A DNA stretch of 64,000 nt from an uncultured delta proteobacterium. GTDB lineage: Bacteria > Desulfobacterota > Syntrophia > Syntrophales > Smithellaceae. The notes under the pieces were generated by a model, which saw only the letters and a list, made by a program, of their open reading frames with translations, searched no databases and was not told the origin of the DNA. The translations under genes were made by a program, and so were the position numbers. Each line of letters opens with the position of its first letter. Within the stretch, counting starts at the first letter, position 1. Positions 19,570 through 29,064 of this stretch are shown piece after piece. The DNA lies in the NCBI GenBank assembly GCA_963726395.1, contig CAVSCG010000032.1, positions 26,777 through 90,776 on the forward strand, given 5' to 3'.

Positions 19570-20357
19570 TCTTTCTTAATTTTCGTCTCCAGATATTCAA
19601 CCGTCTTTTGTCGATTTCTTTTCCTGGCCAAATCAAGGGCGTTTTCGCCTGCCGTGTTTTTCAGCTTAAAGTCTGCCTGATTTTCCACAAGGTAGGTAAC
19701 CATATTTTCCGATCCATACTGTGCGGCCAGCATCAGAGGCGTCAGCCCCTGTTGATCCTGAATATTGATAGGGGCTTTCTTTTTCACAAGGATGGAGACG
19801 ATATCCGGCTGATTATAATAGGCCGCCAGATGCAGAGCCGTTTCACCGAATCCGTTTTGCAGATCAATGCCTTTTCCCGTTGCCAGCAAAAGCGGGATGC
19901 TGTCCCAGCTCTTGTTGTATATGGCCCACATCAGCGCCGTGTATCCGTGCCTGTCCTGCATGACCGGGTCGGCGCCCGCTTGCAGCAATAATTCGACAAT
20001 GTTCGGGTGACGTTCATTGACGGCAATCATCAGCGGAGTAAGACCGTCCTTGTCCTGCTGATTAATGCTCGCTTTCTTGATCAGGAAATACTCAGCCAGG
20101 TCTTCATGTCCATTTTGTATTGCATACATTAAACCTGTCCATTGGTATTTGTCTCTTTCGTTGACATCAGCGATTTTTTCTTCCACCAGGCACATGATGG
20201 TTACAACATCGCCCTTTCTGCACGCGTCAAAGAACGAAGACTTCGTCGCGGCACAGACGGCAGCCACTTCCTGCCCCTGTTTTATTTGCGGTGATGAACA
20301 GGCGCAAATGAAAATGACGATGATCCATGCTATTATTTTAATGCTTAAACCGCGCAT
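19566..20357 (-). CDS. Ankyrin-repeat lipoprotein
   Basis: About 6 ANK repeats (GxTPLMxAxxxGHxxIVxxLL pattern). Signal peptide with FICAC lipobox. ATG 20357 lies 10 nt after GGAGGAG; the ORF-track start at 20390 is a TTG. It overlaps the hydrolase gene by 4 nt. Confidence 0.75.
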   Translation of the reverse strand: MRGLSIKIIAWIIVIFICACSSPQIKQGQEVAAVCAATKSSFFDACRKGDVVTIMCLVEEKIADVNERDKYQWTGLMYAIQNGHEDLAEYFLIKKASINQQDKDGLTPLMIAVNERHPNIVELLLQAGADPVMQDRHGYTALMWAIYNKSWDSIPLLLATGKGIDLQNGFGETALHLAAYYNQPDIVSILVKKKAPINIQDQQGLTPLMLAAQYGSENMVTYLVENQADFKLKNTAGENALDLARKRNRQKTVEYLETKIKKE

Positions 20358-20576
20358 GAAAGATAAACTCCTCCAACATGATACGTTCAATGATTACATT
20401 AACTTTTGTACCACGACCCGCCGGTGAATTCAACTTTTAGTCAGGGGGGATAATAGGCCTTGTCATATCGATGGGTTTTCCTGTATAAAAAGTCAAAACA
20501 GTGCGTATCATTTCAAAAATAGACGGCTGATAGCAATGCGCAGTCGTTTTTCTTGCACTGAATTGGTGCTTTTTCA

Positions 20577-20894
20577 ATGACGGATATTTTAAATTATATC
20601 AGTACCTGGTCGGTTCTCAAATGGGTGATTCTTGTCCTGATCGCCGGATTTATCGGCCAATTCGGCAGGATGTTTGCGGAAGCCATTATCGCCAGGATTC
20701 GTCTTCGCCGCGCCAAACAACATCAATTACCGGATGAGTTGAGGATGGCTGAGGCGCCATCTGTGTCACCCGATGATGCTCCGCAAATAGAATTACCCCA
20801 AAAGACCTCTGTGTCTGCGGAAATTCCTGATAAGAAAGCACTGAAGGCAATGGCTAAAGCCAGGAAGAAGGAGGCGAAAAAGAAATTACCCTAA
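20577..20894 (+). CDS. Hypothetical single-TM protein with Lys-rich tail
   Basis: 105 aa with a TM helix VLKWVILVLIAGFIGQFG and C-terminal KALKAMAKARKKEAKKK. No family recognised. Confidence 0.4.
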   Translation: MTDILNYISTWSVLKWVILVLIAGFIGQFGRMFAEAIIARIRLRRAKQHQLPDELRMAEAPSVSPDDAPQIELPQKTSVSAEIPDKKALKAMAKARKKEAKKKLP

Positions 20895-22213
20895 TCAATC
20901 TTGGGTGGCAAAGTAAATTGATCCTCTTGGGACGAATGCTTTTTGCTGCCTGCGTAAAGCTCATATTCCAGCAGGCGGCATTCGATTTCGCCGTTGTAAA
21001 AGACCAGCCGACGCTTGGTGCGTAACCCTACTTTTTTTATCATGTCCAAATTGCCGGTGAAAATATAGCCGCGATAGCCCCGGCTGATGCTTTTGAACCA
21101 ATCGCCGCAGCCTTCGTAGAGCGCCTCCAATCGTTGCAGAGCGCTGGGATGGTTGCTTTTATGAACCATGTCGGCGGCCTTGCGGAGAATGACTTTCTGC
21201 CCCGGCGCGATTTCTTTCTTGCGGTCGGGACGAAGCATTTTAATCTTGAAAGGTTCCATACGCTCGCCGTAGGGAGGATTCATCATGATGATGCCGCCTC
21301 CTCCCGGAATGGATGTTTCTTCAAAAGAGCAGGTCACAAATTCGATCAGAAGGTCAACACCCGCTGTTTTCGCGTTTTGGCTTGCCGCCTGCACGGCCGC
21401 AGCGTCAATATCCGTGGCGAGAATTTTCGACGGCAATGTTTTTTTGGATTCCATGCGGGCTTTTTTGCGCATCGCCTGCCAGAGTTCATAGGGGAAATCT
21501 TTAATGTACATAAAACCGTAATTGTTGCGTCCCAGCCCCGGCGCACGATTGAGCGCGATCAGGGCCGCTTCAATGGCCAGCGTACCGCTGCCGCACATCG
21601 GGTTGACAAAGGGCGTCCTGCCCTGCCATCCTGTTGCAAGAATTAGCGCAGCAGCCAGGGTTTCCTGCATTGGCGCGGCCAGCGGAATCTTGCGATACCC
21701 GCGCAGCGAAAGGCGATCACCGGAGGTGTCGATATAAACCATCGCCTGATCATTACGCCAGTAAACGTGAATAACGGCCTTGTCTTTTTCCGGGCCGGAA
21801 TCAGGCCGGATGCCGCTCTTTTCCCGGATTCGGTCAACGATGGCGTCCTTGGCCTTGAGGTTGGCAAAGCGCGAATCGGTCACCAGGGGATTATCAACAA
21901 CCGACGTGACGCAAACATAAGCGTTGGGGCCGGAGTCGTGCAGGAGCGTCTCCCAGGGTATGGCATTGATGCGTTCATAAAGAGCGCCGGGAGAGATGAC
22001 TTTGAATATTTGCAGTTGATACAGGACGCGCTGGGCTGTGCGCAAATGAAGATTCAGCAGCATCGTGTCTGTGAGCGTTCCTTCGGTTGAAATGGCGGTG
22101 TCAATTTCATGCAGGATCGGGAATCCCAATGCTGCGATTTCCGCTTTCAAATAGGGCGCAACGCCTTTCGGACAGGTCACCAGTATTCTGCTTTTCTTAT
22201 TCCAGATCGACAT
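20891..22213 (-). CDS. THUMP-domain class I SAM-dependent RNA methyltransferase (RlmL/COG0116-like)
   Basis: N-terminal THUMP-like region. PMCGSGTLAIEA SAM motif and MMNPPYGERM catalytic motif, followed by a ~35-aa insertion. Confidence 0.75.
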   Translation of the reverse strand: MSIWNKKSRILVTCPKGVAPYLKAEIAALGFPILHEIDTAISTEGTLTDTMLLNLHLRTAQRVLYQLQIFKVISPGALYERINAIPWETLLHDSGPNAYVCVTSVVDNPLVTDSRFANLKAKDAIVDRIREKSGIRPDSGPEKDKAVIHVYWRNDQAMVYIDTSGDRLSLRGYRKIPLAAPMQETLAAALILATGWQGRTPFVNPMCGSGTLAIEAALIALNRAPGLGRNNYGFMYIKDFPYELWQAMRKKARMESKKTLPSKILATDIDAAAVQAASQNAKTAGVDLLIEFVTCSFEETSIPGGGGIIMMNPPYGERMEPFKIKMLRPDRKKEIAPGQKVILRKAADMVHKSNHPSALQRLEALYEGCGDWFKSISRGYRGYIFTGNLDMIKKVGLRTKRRLVFYNGEIECRLLEYELYAGSKKHSSQEDQFTLPPKID

Positions 22214-22308
22214 GGCTAACCTTTAACATAGGATATGGTAATTGGCAATCGAATGACGTGATCATCTTCGGAACTTGCAGGTTTCTTATCAATCGGTCAA
22301 TAGGATGC

Positions 22309-24294
22309 TCACGAAGGTGTCTGTTTTCCGGCAGCAAACGGTGGCAGTGGACATTGGAGCGCGAGCGCGATGACGCGCAGGAGCTCCCCCTCTTCAACCG
22401 TCACAGTTTTATCCGCAAAGGCGCAGTGCGCACAGGCGTCGATAACCGATTCCCTGATTTTAAAGGACGCGGTGGTCAGATCGGTGAGTGCCCTGTTCAC
22501 GCTTGCGTAGGAAGCATTATCTTTAAAAGAAAAAACGGGTTTGCGGGCGGCCAGTTCCGGAATCCTGGACAGGCCTGTTTGAAAGGCATTCTCCGCTTTG
22601 ACTTTGTCGCCTGTATGCCCGGCACAGGCCAGCGCCCCAAGCAGTGTGATAATGTCCAAACCAACCTGGGAATATGAAAAGAGCGTGACACTTTGAAAGA
22701 GCTTTTCGGATGGATTAAGATATTTGTCTAAAATCCATTGAACGGATAATTCAAAAAGACTCACCTGGCCGTCGGCGTTAATGAAAGAATGGAGGATCAA
22801 TAAAAAATTTCTTTTTTCCATGCTCGTTAATGCCATGAGCGCCGGTATGGCCAATTCGATTAATGGCAGCCGGAGGTCCTGTTGCAGGCCGGATAATTGT
22901 CCGCCCATTCTCAGGACACTGTCTGTCTGATCTTGCAAGACCATCGCTCTGTCCAGAGCGGACGCCTGCGCTTCACGCCGTGCAGCGTCGGTATCCATCA
23001 AAAGAGCATAAATGACGCAAGCAGCGCCCTGGGGTGTTTTGACGGCTTTGATGATGTCCTCCGGTATGGATTGGAGAAGGGGCCGGCTCTGTTCAATATT
23101 TTCTTTGAACGGATTTCCGACATGATTGATTACTTCAGCGGGGATGAGATCCAGGAAAGACGATCCGGGTGGAATGTGGAGTGTGGTGCCCCAGAAGGGG
23201 GTTGAATACTCTGGTTTGGCTGTCAGCCGGTCATTTTCTATTTTTATGAATTTGCCGTCAAATGATGGATCCAGAAGCCGGATGCGCTCAGCAAGCGGCG
23301 GGTGCGTGGCCAGAAAAGGGAATATCTCATCGGGATGACTTTCACCGAAGAATAAGTGGCTGGCCTGTCTGGCGCTGGCCGATTGAATACGCGAGCCGAA
23401 AGCGGAACCACCGATTTTCTTCAGGGCGCCCGCCAACCCCAGCGGATTGCGCGTGAACTGAACGGAGGATGCGTCCGCCAGGAATTCCTTCTGACGAGAT
23501 ACGGCACATTGCATCAGCCTGCCCAAAAAGGTTCCCATATAACCGATCACGATCAGGCAAACCCCTCCGGCGATGACTGGCAAACCCAATCTGACGGAGA
23601 GGCGTCCCTGTGATATAATTTTCCTTCCGACGATTCCCATAAAAAGGATGCCGAAAAGGATACCGATCAACTGAACATTGAGTCGGGAGTCACCGTTTAA
23701 GATGTGACTGAACTCATGGCCGATAACGCCCTGCAATTCATCGCGGTTAAGCTTTGTTAGCGCTCCGTGAGTGACGGCCACCGCTGCATCGTCAAGTTCA
23801 AGCCCTGCGGCAAACGCGTTGATGTTATGTTCCGAATCCAGCACATAGACCTGCGGGACGGGAATGCCGGAGGCGATGGCCATTTCTTCCACAACATTGA
23901 TCAGACGGCGTTCGGCCTGATCGGTTGCCCCGGTGCTGATTTTTCGTCCGCCCAGCATTTCAGCCACGGCGCCGCCGCCTTTCTGCAGGGTGTTCATTTT
24001 GACCACACTGGCAGTGAGGATGACGATGACAATGGCCATGGCCATAAAAAGAAAAAACGCCGGGTCAAAAAACGTAAAGGTTGAAAGTTTTTGCTGGTAG
24101 TTTTGCGCCGATCCGGCGTTAAACAGGCTGTACGTCTGAGTGCTGATATATAAATACCAGGCAAAACGAATCGCCAGTGTGGTGACTATAACAATAATGA
24201 ACACCGCAAAAGCAAACAGAATCATCTGATTCCGGCAGCTTTTGCGGGCCTGCTCCTGCCTGGCAAAAAAATTAGTCGAACGGGTAACGGTCAT
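22309..24294 (-). CDS. M48-family (HtpX-like) zinc metalloprotease with long C-terminal helical domain
   Basis: Four TM segments and HEFSHILNGD (HExxH). The C-terminal ~300 aa is non-protease, with TerB/DjlA-N-like segments. Confidence 0.8.
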   Translation of the reverse strand: MTVTRSTNFFARQEQARKSCRNQMILFAFAVFIIVIVTTLAIRFAWYLYISTQTYSLFNAGSAQNYQQKLSTFTFFDPAFFLFMAMAIVIVILTASVVKMNTLQKGGGAVAEMLGGRKISTGATDQAERRLINVVEEMAIASGIPVPQVYVLDSEHNINAFAAGLELDDAAVAVTHGALTKLNRDELQGVIGHEFSHILNGDSRLNVQLIGILFGILFMGIVGRKIISQGRLSVRLGLPVIAGGVCLIVIGYMGTFLGRLMQCAVSRQKEFLADASSVQFTRNPLGLAGALKKIGGSAFGSRIQSASARQASHLFFGESHPDEIFPFLATHPPLAERIRLLDPSFDGKFIKIENDRLTAKPEYSTPFWGTTLHIPPGSSFLDLIPAEVINHVGNPFKENIEQSRPLLQSIPEDIIKAVKTPQGAACVIYALLMDTDAARREAQASALDRAMVLQDQTDSVLRMGGQLSGLQQDLRLPLIELAIPALMALTSMEKRNFLLILHSFINADGQVSLFELSVQWILDKYLNPSEKLFQSVTLFSYSQVGLDIITLLGALACAGHTGDKVKAENAFQTGLSRIPELAARKPVFSFKDNASYASVNRALTDLTTASFKIRESVIDACAHCAFADKTVTVEEGELLRVIALALQCPLPPFAAGKQTPS

Positions 24295-24327
24295 TTTAAG
24301 AAATCAATCGCGTCAGTCCGCGGATCC

Positions 24328-24921
24328 TCAGGTAAAAGACACTTTAGGTGCTGTCCGCTCTTCGGCTTTTTCCACGGCTTCCAGCAGGGCGGCCGCTTGG
24401 AAGTTAAAGGTTGACGATATCACATTGTTGGGAAACTGTTCCCGCTTCGTATTGTAATCGGTCACGGCGTCATTATAGGCCTGGCGCGCGAAGCTGATTT
24501 TATTCTCCGTAGAGGTCAGTTCTTCCATCAGATCGCTGATGGTTTTATTAGCTTTTAAGTCGGGGTAAGATTCCACAACCGCCAGCAGTTTGGAAAGCAA
24601 ACCGGAAAGCGACCCTTCCGCCCGGGTCAGTCCCGCCATTGCCGCGGCGTTGCCGGGAGAAGCCGCTGCAACTTTGCTGGCGTCAAAAGCTGTTTGGCGT
24701 GCTTTGATGACGGCTTCCAGCGTCCCGCGTTCATGCGCCAGATAGCCCTTGGCCGCTTCCACCAGGTTGGGAATCAGATCATAGCGGCGTTTCAACTGAA
24801 TATCGATCTGGGTGTAGGCGTTCATGTAAAGATTGCGCAGCGCAATCAGGTTATTGTAAATCCCGACAAAATAGAAAGCGACGGCAGCGATAATGACGAC
24901 CAGAACGATCAATGGAATCAT
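24328..24921 (-). CDS. lemA: LemA family protein
   Basis: N-terminal TM then YNNLIALRN...QLKRRYDLIPNLVE...FARQAYNDAVTDYN, the LemA signature. Confidence 0.9.
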   Translation of the reverse strand: MIPLIVLVVIIAAVAFYFVGIYNNLIALRNLYMNAYTQIDIQLKRRYDLIPNLVEAAKGYLAHERGTLEAVIKARQTAFDASKVAAASPGNAAAMAGLTRAEGSLSGLLSKLLAVVESYPDLKANKTISDLMEELTSTENKISFARQAYNDAVTDYNTKREQFPNNVISSTFNFQAAALLEAVEKAEERTAPKVSFT

Positions 24922-24988
24922 TTTTACCCTCCTTGTTTGAAGGCGCCAGGTAGCGCCGGTTTTGCGGACAGGATTCTCTATTATCGGT

Positions 24989-26146
24989 TCAGCTTTTGTT
25001 TTTCTTGATATCCCCGGAGATGACCAGATTATCCCGGTGGATCACTTCATCATAATCTTTGTGACCCAGAACGGTGAATATCTGTGGTGTTTTCAATCCC
25101 ATAATCTTGCTGATATCACCGGCGCTGTAATTGACAAGTCCCTTGGCCAGGAGATTTCCTTCGCTATCGAAACAGTTAACGGGATCGCCTGTGGCAAACT
25201 CTCCCTCCACAGCGGTAATGCCGGAGGGCAGCAGGCTCTTGCCTTTGTCCAGCAGCGCTTTCTTAGCGCCGTCATCCACGATCAGTTTTCCGCGGGGACG
25301 CAGTGTAAAAGCAATCCAGTATTTCCTGCTCGCGAGACGTGAGGTTTGCGGCAAAAACAACGTGCCGATTTCTTTTCCCAGCATAATATCCGAAAGAATT
25401 TTTTTTCTTTTTCCCGGCGCGATGATGCAGGGAATACCGATGGACGTAACTTTTTTGGCCGCAATAATCTTGCTTTTCATGCCGCCTGTGCCGACGGACG
25501 ACGTCTCTGTGGTGGCGGCCGCTTCGATCTCGTCGGTGATCTCGCAAACGAGCGGGATGAGCTTTGCTTTTTTAGATTGCGACGGATTGCAGTCGTAAAG
25601 TCCGTCGGTCGCGGTTAAGTTGATAAATAAATCCGCCTCGATGACATTGGCGATCATTGCGGCGAGATTGTCGTTGTCGCCGAATTTGATTTCATCAACG
25701 GCGACGGAGTCATTTTCATTGATGATCGGCGTGACATGCCATTCCATCAGCGTGGAAAGCGTGTTGCGGATGTTCAGGTATCTCTGCCGGTCGGTCAGGT
25801 CCGCGAGTGTCAGCAGAATCTGGGCGACATACAAATTGTTTTTTTCAAAGGCTTTGGAATAGACGCGCATGAGCCTTCCCTGGCCGACGGCCGCTGCCGC
25901 CTGTTTTTCAGGAATGCTCTTGAGTTTGCCTAAGATGTTCAGACGATGTTTGCCCGACGCGATAGCCCCGGAGGTGACCAGCACGATGGAGAAGCCTCTG
26001 CGCGTCAGATCGCACATTTCCTGAGCCAGGGAGTCGATGATTTTCAAATCCAGACCGTCTGTGCCGGTGAGCACTGCCGAGCCGATTTTGACGAGTATCT
26101 TTTTGGTATGAGTCAGTGTATCTTGACGATGGCTATTCATGATCAT
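24989..26146 (-). CDS. proB: Glutamate 5-kinase with PUA domain
   Basis: KILVKIGSAVLT, VLVTSGAIA, FGDNDNLAAM, and a C-terminal PUA (GKLIVDDGA...GDPV). Confidence 0.9.
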   Translation of the reverse strand: MIMNSHRQDTLTHTKKILVKIGSAVLTGTDGLDLKIIDSLAQEMCDLTRRGFSIVLVTSGAIASGKHRLNILGKLKSIPEKQAAAAVGQGRLMRVYSKAFEKNNLYVAQILLTLADLTDRQRYLNIRNTLSTLMEWHVTPIINENDSVAVDEIKFGDNDNLAAMIANVIEADLFINLTATDGLYDCNPSQSKKAKLIPLVCEITDEIEAAATTETSSVGTGGMKSKIIAAKKVTSIGIPCIIAPGKRKKILSDIMLGKEIGTLFLPQTSRLASRKYWIAFTLRPRGKLIVDDGAKKALLDKGKSLLPSGITAVEGEFATGDPVNCFDSEGNLLAKGLVNYSAGDISKIMGLKTPQIFTVLGHKDYDEVIHRDNLVISGDIKKNKS

Positions 26147-27155
26147 CCGGGATGTCCGTTTTGTTTAACAGGGTAACCATTATTTTTATAATTTCCTGTG
26201 TTCCTTCGCCGGTTACAGCAGAAAACGAATGCAGTATTATCCCTTTTTTTCTGAATCGCGCAACTTCTTTTTTGACCCGAGCTTTTACGTAAGGAAGATC
26301 AATTTTGTTGATGGCCACAATTTGCGGTTTATCCAGAAGCTGTGGATTGTAGTGTCCGAGTTCATCATTAATGGCTGTGAAATTTTTCCATGCATCAATA
26401 TCCGGTTCCATGGAAATATCAATGATGTGAAAGAGCAAAGAAGTTCTTTCCACGTGTTTAAGAAACTGAATGCCCATGCCCTGTCCTTCGTGCGCCCCGG
26501 CAATCAGACCGGGAATGTCGGCCATAACAAAGCTTCGGCTGTCCGCGTATTTGACCACGCCCAGATGCGGCGTCAGGGTGGTGAAAGGATAGTCGGCAAT
26601 TTTAGGTTTGGCCGCAGAGACCCGCGAGATAAACGTGGACTTTCCCGCGTTGGGAAAACCGATGAGACCGACATCCGCCAGCAGTTTGAGCTCCATCTTG
26701 AGCCAGCGTTCCTCGCCGTCCATTCCTTCCTGAGCGAAGCGCGGCGTCTGGTGCGTTGAAGTTGTGAAATGGGCATTGCCCTTACCACCGATGCCCCCTT
26801 TGGCTACGATAAAGGTTTGTCCCAGTTCGGATAGATCAGCCAGGATCTCGCCGGTTTCAAAATCTTTCACAATGGTTCCGGGCGGAACAATAACCTCCAG
26901 GTCCTCCGCGCTGCGGCCGGTGCGGTTGTTGCCGGAGCCGTGGCCGCCGTTTTTGGCCATGTGATGCTGCTGGTATTTTAAATCCAGCAGTGTGTGATGG
27001 CTTCTTGCTGCGCGGAAAATCACATTGCCACCCTTGCCGCCGTCTCCGCCATCCGGTCCGCCCTTGGGGACAAACTTTTCCCGTCGGAAACTCACGCAGC
27101 CTGGTCCACCATGTCCGCCCTTCACAAATATTTTTGCTTCATCAACAAATTTCAT
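26133..27155 (-). CDS. obg: GTPase Obg/CgtA
   Basis: MKFVDEAKIFVKGGHGGPGCVSFRREKFVPKGGPDGGDGGKGG Obg fold. G-domain GFPNAGKST, DIPGLI, NKID. ATG 27155 chosen; the ORF-track start at 27290 runs into rpmA. Confidence 0.9.
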   Translation of the reverse strand: MKFVDEAKIFVKGGHGGPGCVSFRREKFVPKGGPDGGDGGKGGNVIFRAARSHHTLLDLKYQQHHMAKNGGHGSGNNRTGRSAEDLEVIVPPGTIVKDFETGEILADLSELGQTFIVAKGGIGGKGNAHFTTSTHQTPRFAQEGMDGEERWLKMELKLLADVGLIGFPNAGKSTFISRVSAAKPKIADYPFTTLTPHLGVVKYADSRSFVMADIPGLIAGAHEGQGMGIQFLKHVERTSLLFHIIDISMEPDIDAWKNFTAINDELGHYNPQLLDKPQIVAINKIDLPYVKARVKKEVARFRKKGIILHSFSAVTGEGTQEIIKIMVTLLNKTDIPDDHE

Positions 27156-27170
27156 TAATTCGTCCTGTCC

Positions 27171-27203
27171 AAAATAAAAAGGCGCTTGAATATAAGCGCC
27201 TTT
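27171..27203 (-). terminator. Hairpin between rpmA and obg (terminator/attenuator)
   Basis: 10-bp perfect stem AAAGGCGCTT (27178-27187) / AAGCGCCTTT (27194-27203). On the minus strand it is followed by TTTTATTTT. Confidence 0.5.
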
Positions 27204-27234
27204 AAAATATGCCAGCTTATAGCAGCCCATTGTA

Positions 27235-27495
27235 TTATCTATGCAGCGCGTAAACGCTAACCTTTTTTCGAGTTTTATCGAGTCTCTCATATTTCACGAC
27301 GCCATTGATGAGCGCGAAAAGTGTAAAATCCTTGCCCAGGCCGACGTTGTTGCCCGGATGAATTTTGGTTCCTACCTGCCGCACGATAATGGATCCCGCA
27401 TTGATGCTCTGGCCGCCATAAACTTTGACGCCGCGTCTTTGCGCATTGGAGTCTCTACCGTTGCGGGAGCTTCCCTGACCTTTTTTATGTGCCAT
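27235..27495 (-). CDS. rpmA: 50S ribosomal protein L27
   Basis: [29 protein letters not shown], the canonical L27 N-terminus. Confidence 0.95.
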   Translation of the reverse strand: MAHKKGQGSSRNGRDSNAQRRGVKVYGGQSINAGSIIVRQVGTKIHPGNNVGLGKDFTLFALINGVVKYERLDKTRKKVSVYALHR

Positions 27496-27507
27496 GATGT
27501 CCTCCGC

Positions 27508-27819
27508 CTATATCGAAATATTCTTTATTTTCATGCTTGTTAATGACTGGCGATGTCCGGTCTTTTTGCGAAATCCCTTTCGGCGTTTCATTTTGCCGAT
27601 AATCAGTTTCGGACCTTTCGTCTGGGCGACGACCTCGCCTGTGACTTTGGCGCCTTCCACAAAAGGCTTGCCGATTTTTACGGTTGTATCATCCGACACC
27701 ATCAGAACTTCATTAAAAACAACCTCGGTTCCTTTGTCTCCAGCCAGTTTTTCGACCAATAAGACATCACCCTCGCTGACCTTGTGTTGTTTTGATCCTG
27801 TTTTTATGATTGCGTACAT
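27508..27819 (-). CDS. rplU: 50S ribosomal protein L21
   Basis: [25 protein letters not shown]...[14 protein letters not shown]. Confidence 0.95.
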   Translation of the reverse strand: MYAIIKTGSKQHKVSEGDVLLVEKLAGDKGTEVVFNEVLMVSDDTTVKIGKPFVEGAKVTGEVVAQTKGPKLIIGKMKRRKGFRKKTGHRQSLTSMKIKNISI

Positions 27820-27851
27820 ATACTTATCCTTAGTTAACGTTAAGGTTGAGA

Positions 27852-27880
27852 CTTATAGACAAATTACGCCTGTTTGTCAA
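27852..27880 (-). promoter_or_regulatory. Candidate sigma70 promoter of the rplU-rpmA-obg-proB operon
   Basis: On the minus strand: TTGACA (27880-27875), 17-nt spacer, TATAAG (27857-27852). Confidence 0.45.
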
Positions 27881-28158
27881 TAAAATTTAGCTGTCTCATA
27901 AATATTTTCCAAAGATATCCTGAAATGATGTTAATTTGTTTATATCACTCGGATTATTTCCTTCTAGGACGGAAGAAGTGAATGCGATATGGAAAAACAT
28001 TAAGCCGGCCCGGGAATCCCGGAAAAAAGCAGATGGCGGGATTTATTGGACTAATCAAGGAAGGTAAGTGCGAATAAATCCGCTTGCATAAAGTAGACTC
28101 CGAAATGTAGTATGAGGCGGTAAGTTTTGTTGGAGAGAACACAAGCAAAGGCGGATGG

Positions 28159-29028
28159 GTGCAAAGAAATTTTCTATGTTTGATCATCGTCATCAATATT
28201 TTATTTCTATCTACGTCTTTCGGCTTTGCCAACGAACGACAGCGACAGCTGGTCGAAGAATTGTTGATTGCGGAAGGGCTTGATCCTTCCCAGGCGCAAA
28301 GTATCATGAAGGATCCCCGCATATCCGTCCGTTCGGATATCGTCATAAAAAATCTTTTCTTTTCCAGTCCCAAAGGAACAGCCAGGACGCCTGATGTCAT
28401 GGAGGTCGATCAGCGGCAAATTAAACGAGGGAGAGCTTTTATGAAAGAGCATGCCGACGTTTTATCCGTTGTGGAAAATCGTTTTGGCGCATCTCCTCGG
28501 ATTATCACGGCCATTCTGATTATCGAGTCGAGGCTGGGAGCCCATCCGATGCCCTATAACGTGGTTAACGCTTACGTCAATCTGGCCTTTGTGCTGGATC
28601 CAGGCTATTGGAAAGAACTCCAGGACCTTTATGCACATGCTTATCCGCAGCTTTGTGACGACGCAACCATTGCCCGAGCTAAACGAAAAGCGAAGTGGGC
28701 GGTGAGCGAGTTGTGTTATCTTGTTTATATCGCCAATCACCTGGGCATCGACCCATTGACCATTACCGGATCATTTGCCGGGGCATTGGGACCAGCGCAA
28801 TTTATACCTTCTTCTTTCTGGATTTTCGGGATTGACGGTGACGGTGACGGCATGGCCAGCCCCTTTAATATGGCGGACGCGAACCTCAGCATGGGATATT
28901 ATCTGAAAAAATACGGTTGGCGGGAGGACGCCCCCCTTGAGCAAAAGCGCAAGACGATCTGGTACTATAACCGCAGCGACATCTATGTGAATACCGTTAT
29001 GATGCTCTATGAACAACTAGGACAGTAG
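28159..29028 (+). CDS. Lytic murein transglycosylase (MltB/SLT_2 family)
   Basis: Signal peptide, IESRLG (catalytic Glu region), GALGPAQFIPSSF, YNRSDIYV. GTG start. Confidence 0.8.
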   Translation: MQRNFLCLIIVINILFLSTSFGFANERQRQLVEELLIAEGLDPSQAQSIMKDPRISVRSDIVIKNLFFSSPKGTARTPDVMEVDQRQIKRGRAFMKEHADVLSVVENRFGASPRIITAILIIESRLGAHPMPYNVVNAYVNLAFVLDPGYWKELQDLYAHAYPQLCDDATIARAKRKAKWAVSELCYLVYIANHLGIDPLTITGSFAGALGPAQFIPSSFWIFGIDGDGDGMASPFNMADANLSMGYYLKKYGWREDAPLEQKRKTIWYYNRSDIYVNTVMMLYEQLGQ

Positions 29029-29064
29029 AAAAGCGCCCAGCCCAGAGACACGGATTCTTTTCTC

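Noticed and set aside
27954-28400. 148-aa minus-strand ORF
   Set aside because: It overlaps the 5' part of the well-supported MltB-like gene on the opposite strand and the rplU promoter region. It has no recognisable motifs.
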